Shown here: positions 9,220 to 19,946 of the stretch, piece by piece
Position numbering within the stretch: the first letter of the stretch is position 1
Layout: each line of letters begins with the position of its first letter
DNA from: an uncultured cyanobacterium
GTDB taxonomy: Bacteria > Cyanobacteriota > Cyanobacteriia > Cyanobacteriales > Cyanobacteriaceae
Length of the DNA: 64,000 nt
Reading direction: 5' to 3'
Assembly (NCBI GenBank): GCA_963749915.1
Contig: CAVVOP010000020.1
Location: 32,001-96,000, forward strand
Notes under the pieces: model-generated
Told to the model about the DNA's origin: nothing
Databases searched by the model: none
What the model saw: the letters and a program-made list of their open reading frames with translations, nothing else
Made by a program: the position numbers and the translations under genes

Positions 9220-12219
9220 ATGGTAGCTGTAGTTAATCCGATCTCGTCATACGAAAATAAGACGCAAGCCATCGCACGGGAATTAATCCAAGCCACACGG
9301 CAGAAGGGTAATATTTTTAGTAAGCTCAAAGAACAGATGCACTTCGATGATAAACTCATGGCTTGGACCATGAGCAATCCGGGGTTGCGGGTTCAATTGT
9401 TTAGGTTCATCGATGCATTACCTGCATTGCAAAGTAAAGCTGAAATTGCCCGTCATTTGCAACAATATTTGACCACCGAAGAAGTAGAATTACCAGAGGC
9501 ACTGAAGGTCATTCTTAATTTTAGTGAGCCAAATTCACCCCCGGCCCAAATTGCGGCGGCAACTATCACCAAAGCGGTAGAAACCCTTGCTTATAAATAC
9601 ATCTCTGGGGAAACTCTCAAAGAGGTCATTAAGGCAGTGGAAAGAATGCGCAAGGAAAAAATGGGTTTTACCATCGACTTGTTAGGGGAGGCGGTAATTA
9701 CGGAAGTTGAGGCGGAATCTTACTTACAAAACTACCTTGATTTAATCACTCAATTGAGCCAACAAGCTCAAAAATGGGCAAATATTCCTGAAATTGACGA
9801 TGCTGATGGGGAAAATCTCCCTAAAGTACAAGTATCGGTCAAGTTGACTGCATTTTACTCCCAATTTGATCCCATTGACCCTGAAGGTAGTAAAGTAAAA
9901 GTATGCGATCGCATCCGCACTCTCTTAAGACACGCCCAACAACATGGGGCGGCGGTGCATTTCGACATGGAACAATATATTTACAAGGATATTACTATTT
10001 TTATCTTACAAGAGTTGTTGATGGAAGATGAGTTTCGCCCTCGCACTGATATTGGCGTCACTTTACAAGCCTACCTGCGAGATTCCGAGAAAGACTTACA
10101 AAGTTGGATTGATTGGGCGAAAAGACGGGGTAGTCCCATCACTGTTAGATTGGTAAAAGGGGCATATTGGGATCAAGAAACAATTAAATCTTTGCAAAAT
10201 CACTGGGAACAGCCCGTATTTAATCAAAAACCCGAAAGTGACATCAGTTATGAGAGTTTAACTCGTCTTCTTCTCGAAAATCACCAATATTTAACCGCAG
10301 CCATCGCCTCTCATAATGTGCGAACTCAAGCCAATGCTATCGCCATTGCGGAAACGTTGAAGATACCAAAAAGAAAGTTTGAATGTCAAATTTTATACGG
10401 CATGGGAGAAACCCTAGCTAAAGCCATCGTCAAAAGAGGGCATCGAGTGAGAGTATATGCACCCTATGGGGAACTTTTACCGGGGATGGCTTACCTTATC
10501 CGCCGTTTGCTGGAAAATACTGCCAATAGCTCCTTTTTACGCCAAAACTCCGAAGAAAAACCCATTGAAGAATTAGTCGCACCTCCTAAAATGTCACTCA
10601 ATCCCCCAAATCAAGATCAAACTCCCCCAACCCCACTTGATAAGAAGGGTTTTATCGGTTCAGCTGATACCGATTATGGGCGTGAAACTAACCTCAGTAA
10701 AGCTAGACAAGCCTTAACCATCGTGCATAATCATCTGGGAAAAACTTACCTACCCTTGATTAATGGGCAATATGTGGAAACCGAGACTTATATTGACTCC
10801 GTCAACCCTTCCAAGCCTTCTGAAGTTGTGGGCAAAATTGGCTTAATCTCTCTCCCCCAAGCTGATGAGGCCATGAATGCCGCCAAAGAAGCATTTAAAA
10901 CATGGAGTAAAACCTCCGCAAGAGAAAGGGCTGATATTTTGCGTAAAGCCGCCGAGATTATGGAAGCAAAACGCCATGAATTAACCGCTTGGATGTGTTA
11001 TGAAGTTGGTAAAATCCTAAAAGAGGGTGATCCGGAAATATCAGAAGCTATCGATTTTTGTCGTTACTATGCCGATGAGATGGAACGGCTGGATCAAGGT
11101 TATAATTTTGACGTGGCAGGAGAAAATGATCGTTATTTCTACCAACCTCGTGGAATCGCTCTGATTATCTCCCCTTGGAATTTCCCCTTTGCCATCGCTA
11201 CGGGCATGACAGTGGCCGCGTTAGTTGCTGGTAATTGTGCCCTATTGAAACCTGCGGCAACCAGTACCGTTATTGGGGCGAAAATAGCGGAAATTTTGGT
11301 AGAAGCTGGTATTCCTGCCGGTGTTTTCCAATATATACCAGGGAAAGGCTCACTTGTGGGGGATTATCTTGTTAAACATCCTGATATTCATTTAATCGCC
11401 TTTACAGGTTCAAGGGAAGTGGGTTGTAAAATTTATGCTGATGCGGCGATATTGCAACCTAAACAAAAACACCTCAAGCGAGTTATTGCGGAAATGGGTG
11501 GTAAAAATGCCATTATCATCGATGAAAGTGCAGATTTAGATCAGGGTGTCGCTGGGGTAATACAGTCAGCTTTTGGATTTAGCGGTCAAAAATGTTCTGC
11601 TTGTTCACGGGTAATTGTCTTAAATACCATCTATGATAGCTTTGTCCAGCGTTTAGTAGAGGCAGTTAAATCCCTCAACGTGGGTGATGCTAAAAATCCC
11701 AGCACGAAAATAGGACCTGTGATCGATGCTACAGCCCAAGCACGTATTTTGGACTATATTGATAAGGGTAAACAAGACAGCACTTTGGCCATTCAAGTAT
11801 CCGTCCCCGAAACTGGTTATTTTGTCCCTCCCACTGTTTTCACAGATGTTTCAGCAGATGCCACCATCGCCCAAGAGGAAATTTTTGGTCCTGTATTAGC
11901 CGTAATCAAAGCCAACAGTTTCCATGAGGCATTAAACATAGCCAACTCGACAGATTACGCCCTAACTGGCGGTTTATATTCCCGCACTCCAGCCCACATT
12001 GAAAGGGCATACAAAGAGTTTGAGGTGGGTAATTTATATATTAACCGGGGAATAACAGGGGCCATCGTTGCTCGTCAACCCTTCGGCGGTTTTAAACTCT
12101 CTGGGGTCGGTTCAAAAGCAGGAGGACCAGATTATCTGTTACAGTTTTTGGAACCCCGCGTTGTCACTGAAAACATCCAACGTCAAGGATTTGCACCCAT
12201 AGAAGGCGCTGATAATTAA
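9220..12219 (+). CDS. putA: Bifunctional proline dehydrogenase / P5C dehydrogenase
   Basis: RLVKGAYWD and YLIRRLLENTAN PRODH motifs plus ALDH motifs EMGGKN, GQKCSAC and EEIFGP. Confidence 0.96.
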   Translation: MVAVVNPISSYENKTQAIARELIQATRQKGNIFSKLKEQMHFDDKLMAWTMSNPGLRVQLFRFIDALPALQSKAEIARHLQQYLTTEEVELPEALKVILNFSEPNSPPAQIAAATITKAVETLAYKYISGETLKEVIKAVERMRKEKMGFTIDLLGEAVITEVEAESYLQNYLDLITQLSQQAQKWANIPEIDDADGENLPKVQVSVKLTAFYSQFDPIDPEGSKVKVCDRIRTLLRHAQQHGAAVHFDMEQYIYKDITIFILQELLMEDEFRPRTDIGVTLQAYLRDSEKDLQSWIDWAKRRGSPITVRLVKGAYWDQETIKSLQNHWEQPVFNQKPESDISYESLTRLLLENHQYLTAAIASHNVRTQANAIAIAETLKIPKRKFECQILYGMGETLAKAIVKRGHRVRVYAPYGELLPGMAYLIRRLLENTANSSFLRQNSEEKPIEELVAPPKMSLNPPNQDQTPPTPLDKKGFIGSADTDYGRETNLSKARQALTIVHNHLGKTYLPLINGQYVETETYIDSVNPSKPSEVVGKIGLISLPQADEAMNAAKEAFKTWSKTSARERADILRKAAEIMEAKRHELTAWMCYEVGKILKEGDPEISEAIDFCRYYADEMERLDQGYNFDVAGENDRYFYQPRGIALIISPWNFPFAIATGMTVAALVAGNCALLKPAATSTVIGAKIAEILVEAGIPAGVFQYIPGKGSLVGDYLVKHPDIHLIAFTGSREVGCKIYADAAILQPKQKHLKRVIAEMGGKNAIIIDESADLDQGVAGVIQSAFGFSGQKCSACSRVIVLNTIYDSFVQRLVEAVKSLNVGDAKNPSTKIGPVIDATAQARILDYIDKGKQDSTLAIQVSVPETGYFVPPTVFTDVSADATIAQEEIFGPVLAVIKANSFHEALNIANSTDYALTGGLYSRTPAHIERAYKEFEVGNLYINRGITGAIVARQPFGGFKLSGVGSKAGGPDYLLQFLEPRVVTENIQRQGFAPIEGADN

Positions 12220-12278
12220 GTAATAAGCCCCTGACGAGGAAATTCAAAATTCAAAATTCCAATCAGTTTAGGAATAGT

Positions 12279-13496
12279 TTACCGTGGTAGAGATTGATTA
12301 TTCGTTGGTAAGATACCCAGTTTTACAGGAATTTTAATTTCTTTGTGATCTCGTTGTAAATTTAGGGTTAAGTCAGAACCCACCTGACTAGATTCCACTT
12401 TTTTCTGTACCTGTGAGGGATCTGCAATTTTTTCACCCTCAATACCTTGAATAATATCCCCAGATTTTAACCCAGCTTGTGATGCAGGAGAATTAGGAAC
12501 TACTTTTAAGATTAATACTCCTTCTTCGTTAGTTAATTTAAAGCCTTCATTTTGGTTTAATTGTTCTTTGGTTTGGTCATTTAACGGTATCATAGCGATG
12601 CCTAAATATGGATGATCTACCTTTCCCCCAATAATTAATTTTTCAGCGATTTCTGACGCCCGATTGATGGGAATAGCAAAACCTAACCCTTGGGCATTTT
12701 TAATAATAGCGGTATTGATGGCGATTACTTCCCCTTGGGCATTTAAAAGAGGACCACCAGAATTCCCCGGGTTAATTGCCGCATCGGTTTGAATAAAGTC
12801 TAGTCGTTTATCGCCAACACCAATTTGAGAACTTGATCTTCCTGTTGCACTAATAATACCTGTTGTAACTGTATTATCTAAACCGAGGGGATTGCCGATG
12901 GCGATTGCCCATTCACCGATAACGAGATTATCAGAATCCCCTAATTGAGCAACAGGTAAATTTTCCCCTTGAATTTGAATGACAGCTAAATCCGTGAGAG
13001 GATCAGTGCCTAATACTTTCCCCTCTAATACTCTTCCATCTTTAAGATTCACTGTTACTTTAGTTGAGCCTTCAACCACGTGTGCATTGGTCAAAATTTT
13101 ACCATCATCACTAATAATAAACCCTGATCCTGTACCTTGTTGAATTTGTTGTTCAGGAGTTTCCGGGATTTGATCGCCAAAAAATTGACGGAAAAAAGGA
13201 TCATTAAATACAGGTGGAACATTATTATTACTGGCGACAATTCTTTCAGCATTGATTCTAACAACAGCAGGACCTACTTCTTGAACGACTTTAGAGACAA
13301 AATTAATATCTGTATTCTTTCCTAATTCTGGTAATCTATTACTAACTAAACTTTCTTTTTGTTCGATGGTAGTATTTTCGTTATTACCAGCAAATATTTG
13401 AGGCGTGTTGATTAAATAATTGACGCCGACACCAATACCAGCACCCAATAAAAGTAGAGAAGTGCAAGTGGTAGCTTTTTGGATATATTTGTTCAT
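12279..13496 (-). CDS. HhoA/HhoB/HtrA family serine protease with PDZ domain
   Basis: TNAHVV, DLAVI and GNSGGPL catalytic motifs, C-terminal PDZ domain. Confidence 0.95.
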   Translation of the reverse strand: MNKYIQKATTCTSLLLLGAGIGVGVNYLINTPQIFAGNNENTTIEQKESLVSNRLPELGKNTDINFVSKVVQEVGPAVVRINAERIVASNNNVPPVFNDPFFRQFFGDQIPETPEQQIQQGTGSGFIISDDGKILTNAHVVEGSTKVTVNLKDGRVLEGKVLGTDPLTDLAVIQIQGENLPVAQLGDSDNLVIGEWAIAIGNPLGLDNTVTTGIISATGRSSSQIGVGDKRLDFIQTDAAINPGNSGGPLLNAQGEVIAINTAIIKNAQGLGFAIPINRASEIAEKLIIGGKVDHPYLGIAMIPLNDQTKEQLNQNEGFKLTNEEGVLILKVVPNSPASQAGLKSGDIIQGIEGEKIADPSQVQKKVESSQVGSDLTLNLQRDHKEIKIPVKLGILPTNNQSLPR

Positions 13497-13661
13497 GATG
13501 GGGACTTCTATTTTGAGTTTTTTGGAAATAAAATTAAAATTAATAATATTGCGGGAATAATTATAAGTATACGATGTTCAGAAAAAAAGTCAGCTTAAAG
13601 TGCGAAGGAGCAAAAGAGGAAAACCTTTTTTAAGCTGACATTTAATAATATAAACAACGGT

Positions 13662-13700
13662 TATGACTTTTCTGTGAAGCTGATATGAAGAGTTGATGAA
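13662..13700 (-). promoter_or_regulatory. Putative OmpR-family response-regulator box (four phased repeats) upstream of the HtrA gene
   Basis: TATGA/TGTGA/TATGA/GATGA at 13662, 13673, 13684 and 13695, an exact 11-bp period. The minus strand reads TTCATC-N5-TTCATA-N5-TTCACA-N5-GTCATA. Confidence 0.55.
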
Positions 13701-13727
13701 CAATTAGCTATTAATACAACTTCAAAC

Positions 13728-14711
13728 TTAGGTTATTCCTAATTCTCTTTTTAAAAGGTTAATAGATTTTTCGCCGATATAATTGTTACTACAGATAATT
13801 TCTGGCGGTCGTATGAGTTCATCTTGTACTTGTTTAAGGATTTTTTTTACGGTCAAATAACTATTAGGGTCGCAGATAATGGTATAAGCACTAAGGACTA
13901 AGTTCTTTAATTTTTGTTGATCATTAGCTTGGGCAGTGATAATACTAATATCCTTGCCCCGAAGACTATGTACTAGAATCTCTGCTACCCTCAAAATACC
14001 TGTACTTAAACTCACTATACCTAAATAAGAGTCTTGGGGTAGTTTTTTAATGATCTGTAATTCTTCTTTATAATCGTAAATATCAAGGGGAATTACTCTA
14101 GTTGACTGGGGGGAAACTATTTCTAAAACTTGGTGAATAAAATAACGACTGGTGACAATGGTAGCTGAATGAGCCTCCGTTAAAATTAAATTTAATTCCT
14201 CCATGGGCACCAATTGTATAGGAATTAATAAGGCTTGTTCCAATTCTAAAACCATCAGTTGCCCAGCACCCATATCTACCCTCGGCACAGTGACTAAAAC
14301 TAAAGCACTACAACCTAATCTCCAATCAATTTCAGCTACAAATAATTGTTTAATTTGTTCTAAATTACAGCCTTGTAATAATAATTCATCAACATTTTGC
14401 TTGATAATTTTCTGGGCGGTGGGGTATGCTTTTAAAAAATGTGATCTTGATTCTTTAACACTTTCATTTCCTTGGGCTTTGACGTATATGCCCGATCCAG
14501 CAAGGGATTCAACTAGTCCTTTTTCTTCTAATTGCCGATAAACTTTACTGATGGTGTTGCGATGTAATCCTGTTATTAGTGCTAGTTGTCTTGTACTCGG
14601 TAAACGATGACCAGGGGGATATTGACAAGATGCGATGGCAAACTGAATTTGATCGATTAATTGTTGAGAAGGAGAAATATTCCCCTCAGTCTGGATACTA
14701 AAGTGAAACAT
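13728..14711 (-). CDS. plmA: GntR family transcriptional regulator PlmA
   Basis: QIQFAIAS.QYPPGHRLPSTRQLA...GLHRNTISKVYRQLEE, the cyanobacterial PlmA subfamily. Start at MFHFSIQ assumed. Confidence 0.88.
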   Translation of the reverse strand: MFHFSIQTEGNISPSQQLIDQIQFAIASCQYPPGHRLPSTRQLALITGLHRNTISKVYRQLEEKGLVESLAGSGIYVKAQGNESVKESRSHFLKAYPTAQKIIKQNVDELLLQGCNLEQIKQLFVAEIDWRLGCSALVLVTVPRVDMGAGQLMVLELEQALLIPIQLVPMEELNLILTEAHSATIVTSRYFIHQVLEIVSPQSTRVIPLDIYDYKEELQIIKKLPQDSYLGIVSLSTGILRVAEILVHSLRGKDISIITAQANDQQKLKNLVLSAYTIICDPNSYLTVKKILKQVQDELIRPPEIICSNNYIGEKSINLLKRELGIT

Positions 14712-14826
14712 AAAATTAACAATGGGCAATTAAACTTATAATCTTCTAGTGTCCCTGTCCCCCTCATGCCAAAAATTATATAGAGGCATGATTTCGCCCC
14801 CATATGTTCAAATAATAAAGAAAGGA

Positions 14827-15261
14827 TTAACCTTGAGTCTTTCCGCCTAATACTTGTTGTTTTAAGCTATTAAATTCGGCAAATAACTCTTGACGAGTAG
14901 AAGCCTTCAATAAATAACGGGTAACAAACCAAGCACTATATCCCAAACCTACTAATTCTAAAATAGATGATAAGAGAGGAATATTATCGATGGCATCTAA
15001 TACTGATAAAGTGACATAAACAGTAATAGCCGCAGTGAGAATTAAGCCAAGGGTCGTTAAAGGTTGTTTATACTCGGAAAAGAAGTTCCCCAATTGTTCG
15101 GGTATTTTAGCTAAAAAGTCCACTACTACATCTACCCATTCTTGCCAACCCTGTTCATCATTAGAAGGCATTTTGGCGGTAATTACACCGGGGATGTCAT
15201 CATTTAATTGTGTAGTGGATTCGTTAAATTGAGTCTCTTGTTCGTAAGATTGAGATTCCAT
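14827..15261 (-). CDS. curT: CAAD domain thylakoid curvature protein
   Basis: LDAIDNIPLLSSILELVGLGYSAWFVTRYLL CAAD signature. Confidence 0.88.
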   Translation of the reverse strand: MESQSYEQETQFNESTTQLNDDIPGVITAKMPSNDEQGWQEWVDVVVDFLAKIPEQLGNFFSEYKQPLTTLGLILTAAITVYVTLSVLDAIDNIPLLSSILELVGLGYSAWFVTRYLLKASTRQELFAEFNSLKQQVLGGKTQG

Positions 15262-15377
15262 AGAATATATCTCCTAAGTTTGATTTTTAGATAGTTTTGC
15301 TTGTGTCAGCACAAATATTAAGTTAACTGACTATTAGTTAAATTGCCAAAAAACAACAATAAACTCTCAATTAATAT

Positions 15378-15402
15378 ATAGCGATCCTATCCGATTTGTG
15401 AG
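15378..15402 (+). mobile_element. Possible MITE/IS terminal repeat (single end)
   Basis: TATAGCGATCCTATCCGATTTGTGA resembles common cyanobacterial MITE termini (recalled, not searched). It marks the left edge of the accessory block. Confidence 0.4.
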
Positions 15403-15624
15403 AATTTAATTATTAAGCAAACCTATTTTAATTCATTTATCTAATTCATAACAAGATTCTTCCCAGTTCATACTATTCTTCAATCTCACGCCGAAGGCCT
15501 TAGCCTGAGAGGAGTGAGTAGAATCAATTGAGTTAAAATTCTGTTCATGATTTCTAGCGACGGTATAATAAAAGTATCAACCAAACTATACCGCACAGTG
15601 CAATATAGCGGTAATTTTAAGACC

Positions 15625-16917
15625 ATGTCTCAGATAGCTTCTCAGTTTCAGGAAGAAAAGGCAGTTTCCACCCGACAACCACAACAGCGTTTGGGAAAAC
15701 TGCGTCTTTTAATTCCTCTAGCCTTATTGTTATTAGGGATAGGCATCGGCCTCCGTTACTATTTCTTCCATCGGCCTGAGGATAACAATCTAGAACTTAG
15801 TGGCAGGATTGAAGGTTATGAAACTGACTTAGGAGCAAAAGTAGGAGGAAGAATCGAATGGATCGCCGTGCGAGAAGGGGATCTCGTCCATAAAGGTCAA
15901 GTTATCGCTCAACTTGACAATGCCGAGTTAAAAGCGCAATTAGAGGGAGCGAAAGCCCGTTTCCAAGCCGCCCAACAACAAGTCAATCAGGCTCGTTTAC
16001 AAATAGAAGTAATTCGGAGTCAGATTGAAGAAGCTCAACTAAATTTACGTCAATCTGCGGAAGATGCCCAGGGCAGGATTAATCAGGCACAAGCAACTGT
16101 AGCGGCTGCACGGGCACAACTTTTAGAAGCACAGGCACGGGTAAAACAGGCCGAAGCAGAAAGACAACTAGCCCAAAGCGATCGCGATCGCTACCAATCC
16201 TTAGCTCAAGCTGGAGTGATTCCCCAACAACAATTTGACTACAGCCAAACTAAACTCGATACCGCCCAAGCTAATCTACAAGCTTCTCAAGCAGTAGTGG
16301 ATGCCGCTAAAAAACAAGTAAATGTAGCTGAAGGGGCGTTAACACAGGCAAAAACCAGCAGTTTTAATCCCCAAATCAACACTGCCAAGGTAGCTGGTTT
16401 AACCAAACAATTAGCTCAGGCACAAGCACAATTAAAAGCGGCGATCGCAGAAGTAGCTAGTAATAAAGCAGCCCAAGCAGAGATTGTGGCCAAGTTAGAC
16501 GATCTCAGAATTCTTAGCCCTATTGATGGAGTAGTACTGACCCGTACTAGCGAACCGGGGGAAGTAATTGCGACGGGAACAACTTTGGTGACAGTTATTA
16601 ACCTTAACAATGTCTATCTACGGGGTTATCTACCAGAAGGAGAAATCGGGATGGTAAGAGTCGGACAAAGTGCGAAAGTCTTTTTAGATTCTTCACCAGA
16701 TAAACCTTTGGAGGCTACTGTAACGGAAATAGACTCCCAAGCTTCCTTTACCCCAGAAAATATTTACTTCCGCAGTGATCGCATCACCCAGGTCTTTGGT
16801 TTAAAACTAAGCATTGATAACCCTGCTGGCTTCGCCAAACCGGGAATGCCAGCCGATGGGGAAATTATTACTGAACACCTGCCGATGGATGTTTCGCCCC
16901 CCAAAAAAGTAGAGTAG
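15625..16917 (+). CDS. HlyD family efflux membrane-fusion protein (YbhG-like)
   Basis: N-terminal TM, SGRIEG, long coiled coil, ASFTPENIY and AKPGMPADG motifs. Start at MSQIAS assumed. Confidence 0.92.
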   Translation: MSQIASQFQEEKAVSTRQPQQRLGKLRLLIPLALLLLGIGIGLRYYFFHRPEDNNLELSGRIEGYETDLGAKVGGRIEWIAVREGDLVHKGQVIAQLDNAELKAQLEGAKARFQAAQQQVNQARLQIEVIRSQIEEAQLNLRQSAEDAQGRINQAQATVAAARAQLLEAQARVKQAEAERQLAQSDRDRYQSLAQAGVIPQQQFDYSQTKLDTAQANLQASQAVVDAAKKQVNVAEGALTQAKTSSFNPQINTAKVAGLTKQLAQAQAQLKAAIAEVASNKAAQAEIVAKLDDLRILSPIDGVVLTRTSEPGEVIATGTTLVTVINLNNVYLRGYLPEGEIGMVRVGQSAKVFLDSSPDKPLEATVTEIDSQASFTPENIYFRSDRITQVFGLKLSIDNPAGFAKPGMPADGEIITEHLPMDVSPPKKVE

Positions 16918-16974
16918 AAGGGAGAAAGGAGTTGGGAGAGGCATTTTCAGCTTTCTCCCTCAAACCCCAGTCCC

Positions 16975-17045
16975 CAATACTGCTCGGTTAAGGCTAGAAT
17001 TTATATTGTGAGGCAAATTTAGAATTTAGAATTTAGAATAATGTT
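16975..17045 (+). mobile_element. MITE end (CAATACTGCTCGGTTAAG) followed by AATTTAG heptamers
   Basis: Matches the reverse complement of CTTAACCGAGTAGTATTG near 31186-31203. AATTTAG heptamers also occur in the MITE at 61976-62170. Confidence 0.6.
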
Positions 17046-17055
17046 TTTTGGCTCA

Positions 17056-19059
17056 TTAAACAAAATAAACCCCCGCTCTCTGTACAATACTAATGAAGGC
17101 GTCTTCTAAAGAAAAAGGAATCGCTCTTTGTGAGTAAATATCTATTTGATTTTCTTTTAAACTTTGCTTTACTTGCAATAATTCTCTTTCTGGATTATCT
17201 AAGACTAAATGAAGACGATCACCAAAAATAGAAACTCGCCAAAATTCTAGTTTTGTTTTGAGTAAGTCAGAAGCTGTTTGGGTATCTGATACTATGATTT
17301 CGATCAGTTGTCCTGGTTGTTGGGCTTTAATTTCACTCGGCGATCCTTGAGCAACAATTTCTCCTGCAACCATAAATCCCATGCGGTTACAATTTTCTGC
17401 CTCTTCTAGATAGTGAGTCGTAACCAAGATTGCCGCTCCCTGATGGGCAAAATCCCGAATTAATCGCCAAAATTGCCTTCTCGCTAATGGATCGACACCA
17501 GAAGTAGGTTCGTCTAAAAATAAAATTTCTGGTTCGTGCATTACCGATGCACCAAAGGCAACACGCTGTTTCCAACCGCCAGGAAGACTACCCGTGACGC
17601 TGTCTTCTTTGCCGACTAAACCACAGGTAGCTAATACCCAGTCAATTTTTTCCTGTCTTAATTTACGAGGAACGCCATATACACCACAGTAAAACTCTAA
17701 ATTTTGTTTAATGGTCAAATCATTATATAAAGTAAATTTCTGACTCATATAACCTAGGCGAGAACGTACTCGAGAACTATGCAAACTTTCAGTTTGACCT
17801 GCTAAAATCATCTCTCCTCCACTGGCCGGTAACAAACCGCAGAGCATTTTTATTGTAGTGGTTTTTCCTGCTCCATTTGCCCCTAATAAGCCGTAAATTT
17901 CTCCATACTTAATTTCTAGATCGACTTTTTTTACCGCTTGAAACTCCCCAAAGGTTTTTTGTAAGTTAGTTGCACCAATAGCAATTTGAGCTGTTGCTAA
18001 AGTTTTATCTCTCTCCAAACCCTTGGCTTTTCTCAGGGCTTCGCTGTACTCTTCTCCCCATTCTCCCTGAGCTTCTGGCCCACGATAACGAGGAAACTCC
18101 AGAAAAGCTGGTTCTGAACCCTCTTGACGTAAACGGGTGACAAAGACATTTTCTAGGGTAGGTTCATCTGGTTGAAGACTATCAAGTTCCAATTGCTGTT
18201 GTGCTAACATCTCACGAATGTCCTTTGTGCCTTCCTCTATACTGGGAACCAAAATATCCAAGCGATCGCCAAAAGATTGTAAATCGGAGATGTCTTTTGC
18301 TAAAGAGTTAACCGATAATACTTTTTCTACAGCCGGTAAATTTTTTGCCCTCACTTGAATACGGTACAAACCCAAACTGGCTCTTAATTGTGCTAAAGTA
18401 CCTATTTGTTGAATCTTACCCTCATAAATCAAGGCAAGGCGATGACAGCGTTCTGCTTCATCCAAATAAGGGGTTGCCACCACAATACTCACTCCCTGGG
18501 CAGCGACAGAAGCGAGTAAATCCCAAAACTCCCGACGGGAAAGAGGATCTACTCCTGTAGTTGGCTCGTCCAATAATAATACCTGGGGTTCAGCAATCAA
18601 GGCACAACAGAGAGCTAATTTCTGTTTCATGCCGCCCGAAAGTTGACTGGCAAGACGGTTAGGGAATTGCTCTAAACTAAATAGGCGTAGTAATTTGGTT
18701 TTTCTTTCTTTAAATTTGACATCGGGAACTCGACGCAAACCAGCGCTGTAGCGTAAATTTTCGGCGATACTCAAATCTGGGTAGAGGGAAAATTTTTGGG
18801 TGAGATACCCAATTCCCAAACGAGCCTCGCGAGGTAGTTTACCGAAAACTTTAATTTCACCAGCAGTAGCTTTCATGACTCCTGCTAAAATCTGGAAAGT
18901 TGTAGTTTTCCCCGCCCCATCAGGACCAATTAACCCAAAAATTTCTCCTTGACGTACACTAAAATCAATTCCCTTTACTGCTAATAGCTTGCCGTATTGC
19001 TTATAAAGTCCTGTTACTTCGATGGAGGTTAGATTTTGATTTGATTGACTTAATGTCAT
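17056..19059 (-). CDS. ABC transporter ATP-binding protein with two ATPase domains (YbhF-like)
   Basis: Two Walker A motifs (GPDGAGKTT, GANGAGKTT), LSGGM/LPGGW signatures and LDEPT Walker B motifs. Confidence 0.93.
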   Translation of the reverse strand: MTLSQSNQNLTSIEVTGLYKQYGKLLAVKGIDFSVRQGEIFGLIGPDGAGKTTTFQILAGVMKATAGEIKVFGKLPREARLGIGYLTQKFSLYPDLSIAENLRYSAGLRRVPDVKFKERKTKLLRLFSLEQFPNRLASQLSGGMKQKLALCCALIAEPQVLLLDEPTTGVDPLSRREFWDLLASVAAQGVSIVVATPYLDEAERCHRLALIYEGKIQQIGTLAQLRASLGLYRIQVRAKNLPAVEKVLSVNSLAKDISDLQSFGDRLDILVPSIEEGTKDIREMLAQQQLELDSLQPDEPTLENVFVTRLRQEGSEPAFLEFPRYRGPEAQGEWGEEYSEALRKAKGLERDKTLATAQIAIGATNLQKTFGEFQAVKKVDLEIKYGEIYGLLGANGAGKTTTIKMLCGLLPASGGEMILAGQTESLHSSRVRSRLGYMSQKFTLYNDLTIKQNLEFYCGVYGVPRKLRQEKIDWVLATCGLVGKEDSVTGSLPGGWKQRVAFGASVMHEPEILFLDEPTSGVDPLARRQFWRLIRDFAHQGAAILVTTHYLEEAENCNRMGFMVAGEIVAQGSPSEIKAQQPGQLIEIIVSDTQTASDLLKTKLEFWRVSIFGDRLHLVLDNPERELLQVKQSLKENQIDIYSQRAIPFSLEDAFISIVQRAGVYFV

Positions 19060-19127
19060 CGGCTGTTCTTGATTTGACCGGTATACTCAGGCAACTTCTG
19101 ATTCTAACGAATTTTCCCGAAGAATAA

Positions 19128-19259
19128 TCATTTGTTGGTATCAGCTTGGGCGGTAGGATAGGCTCCTGCTTTGACAGCAAAGCTAATTGCTTGTCCATTG
19201 CGTTTTAGTTCTACTCGCAGGTTTTTACCGACTTCACTATTCTCAACTTCTTGCTGTAA
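19128..19259 (-). pseudogene. 3' remnant of an HtrA/HhoA-type protease (end of PDZ domain), cut by an IS end
   Basis: Translates as LQQEVENSEVGKNLRVELKRNGQAISFAVKAGAYPTAQADTNK*. It aligns by eye with the C-terminus of the intact protease (VQKKVESSQVGSDLTLNLQRDHKEIKIPVKLGILPT). Confidence 0.72.
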
Positions 19260-19260
19260 A

Positions 19261-19278
19261 CCCATCTTCCGCACGTCA
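19261..19278 (+). mobile_element. IS1634-like terminal inverted repeat (orphan)
   Basis: CCCATCTTCCGCACGTCA is 16/18 identical to the IR CCCACATTCCGCACGTCA at 62436. Confidence 0.7.
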
Positions 19279-19350
19279 AAATGTTTTCATTCTGAAATAA
19301 GAGTTTCAGCGATTTTTGCGATCGCCAATTTATGTATTTTTTATTATTTA

Positions 19351-19900
19351 TCTGACGTTACGCAAAGAGTCATAAATCAGGCATGATCAGGTGACAAGGT
19401 TTTTGTCCGGAGAAGAGATGACAAACAAACAACTCTGGCTGTCAGTCAAACCTGTGTTACGACAACATGAAGAGGAAGATGGGGTCGTAATTTTTGATGA
19501 TACAATCGAAGAAAAACCTCATACAAAAGAAAGCGAATTAGTTTGTTGGCATCATGATCATACAAAAAATCGCTCAGTTAAGGGTATTAACTTACTCAAC
19601 TGTGTTTATCACGGAGGAAATGTAACGTTACCTATTGGTTTTGACGTGATCAAAAAACCCATAGAGTTCTGTGAAATCAAAACAAAAAAGAAAAAGCGAA
19701 AAGCAACAATAACCAAAAATGAATTATTACGGAAACAATTAAAAAATTGTCAGCAGAATCAACTGAAATACAAATATGTACTAACAGATAGTTGGTTTGC
19801 ATCCCAAGAGAATATGGATTTGATCCGAGTAGAGTTGGATAAACATTTCATCATGGCATTAAAGAGTAATCGAAAAGTAGCATTAACCTTAAATGCCTAA
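19351..19900 (+). mobile_element. Truncated DDE transposase fragment (IS701/IS4-like)
   Basis: HDQVTRFLS...VIFDDTIEEKPHT...YVLTDSWF...ALKSNRKV, ending prematurely at 169 aa. Confidence 0.8.
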
Positions 19901-19946
19901 AGATCAAGCATAAAGAAGTTAAAAAGAAATTAGATTTTAGAAACAA

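Noticed and set aside
19001..19386. ORFs 19001..19198 and 19171..19386
   Set aside because: They are wrong-frame readings across the HtrA remnant and the IS end.
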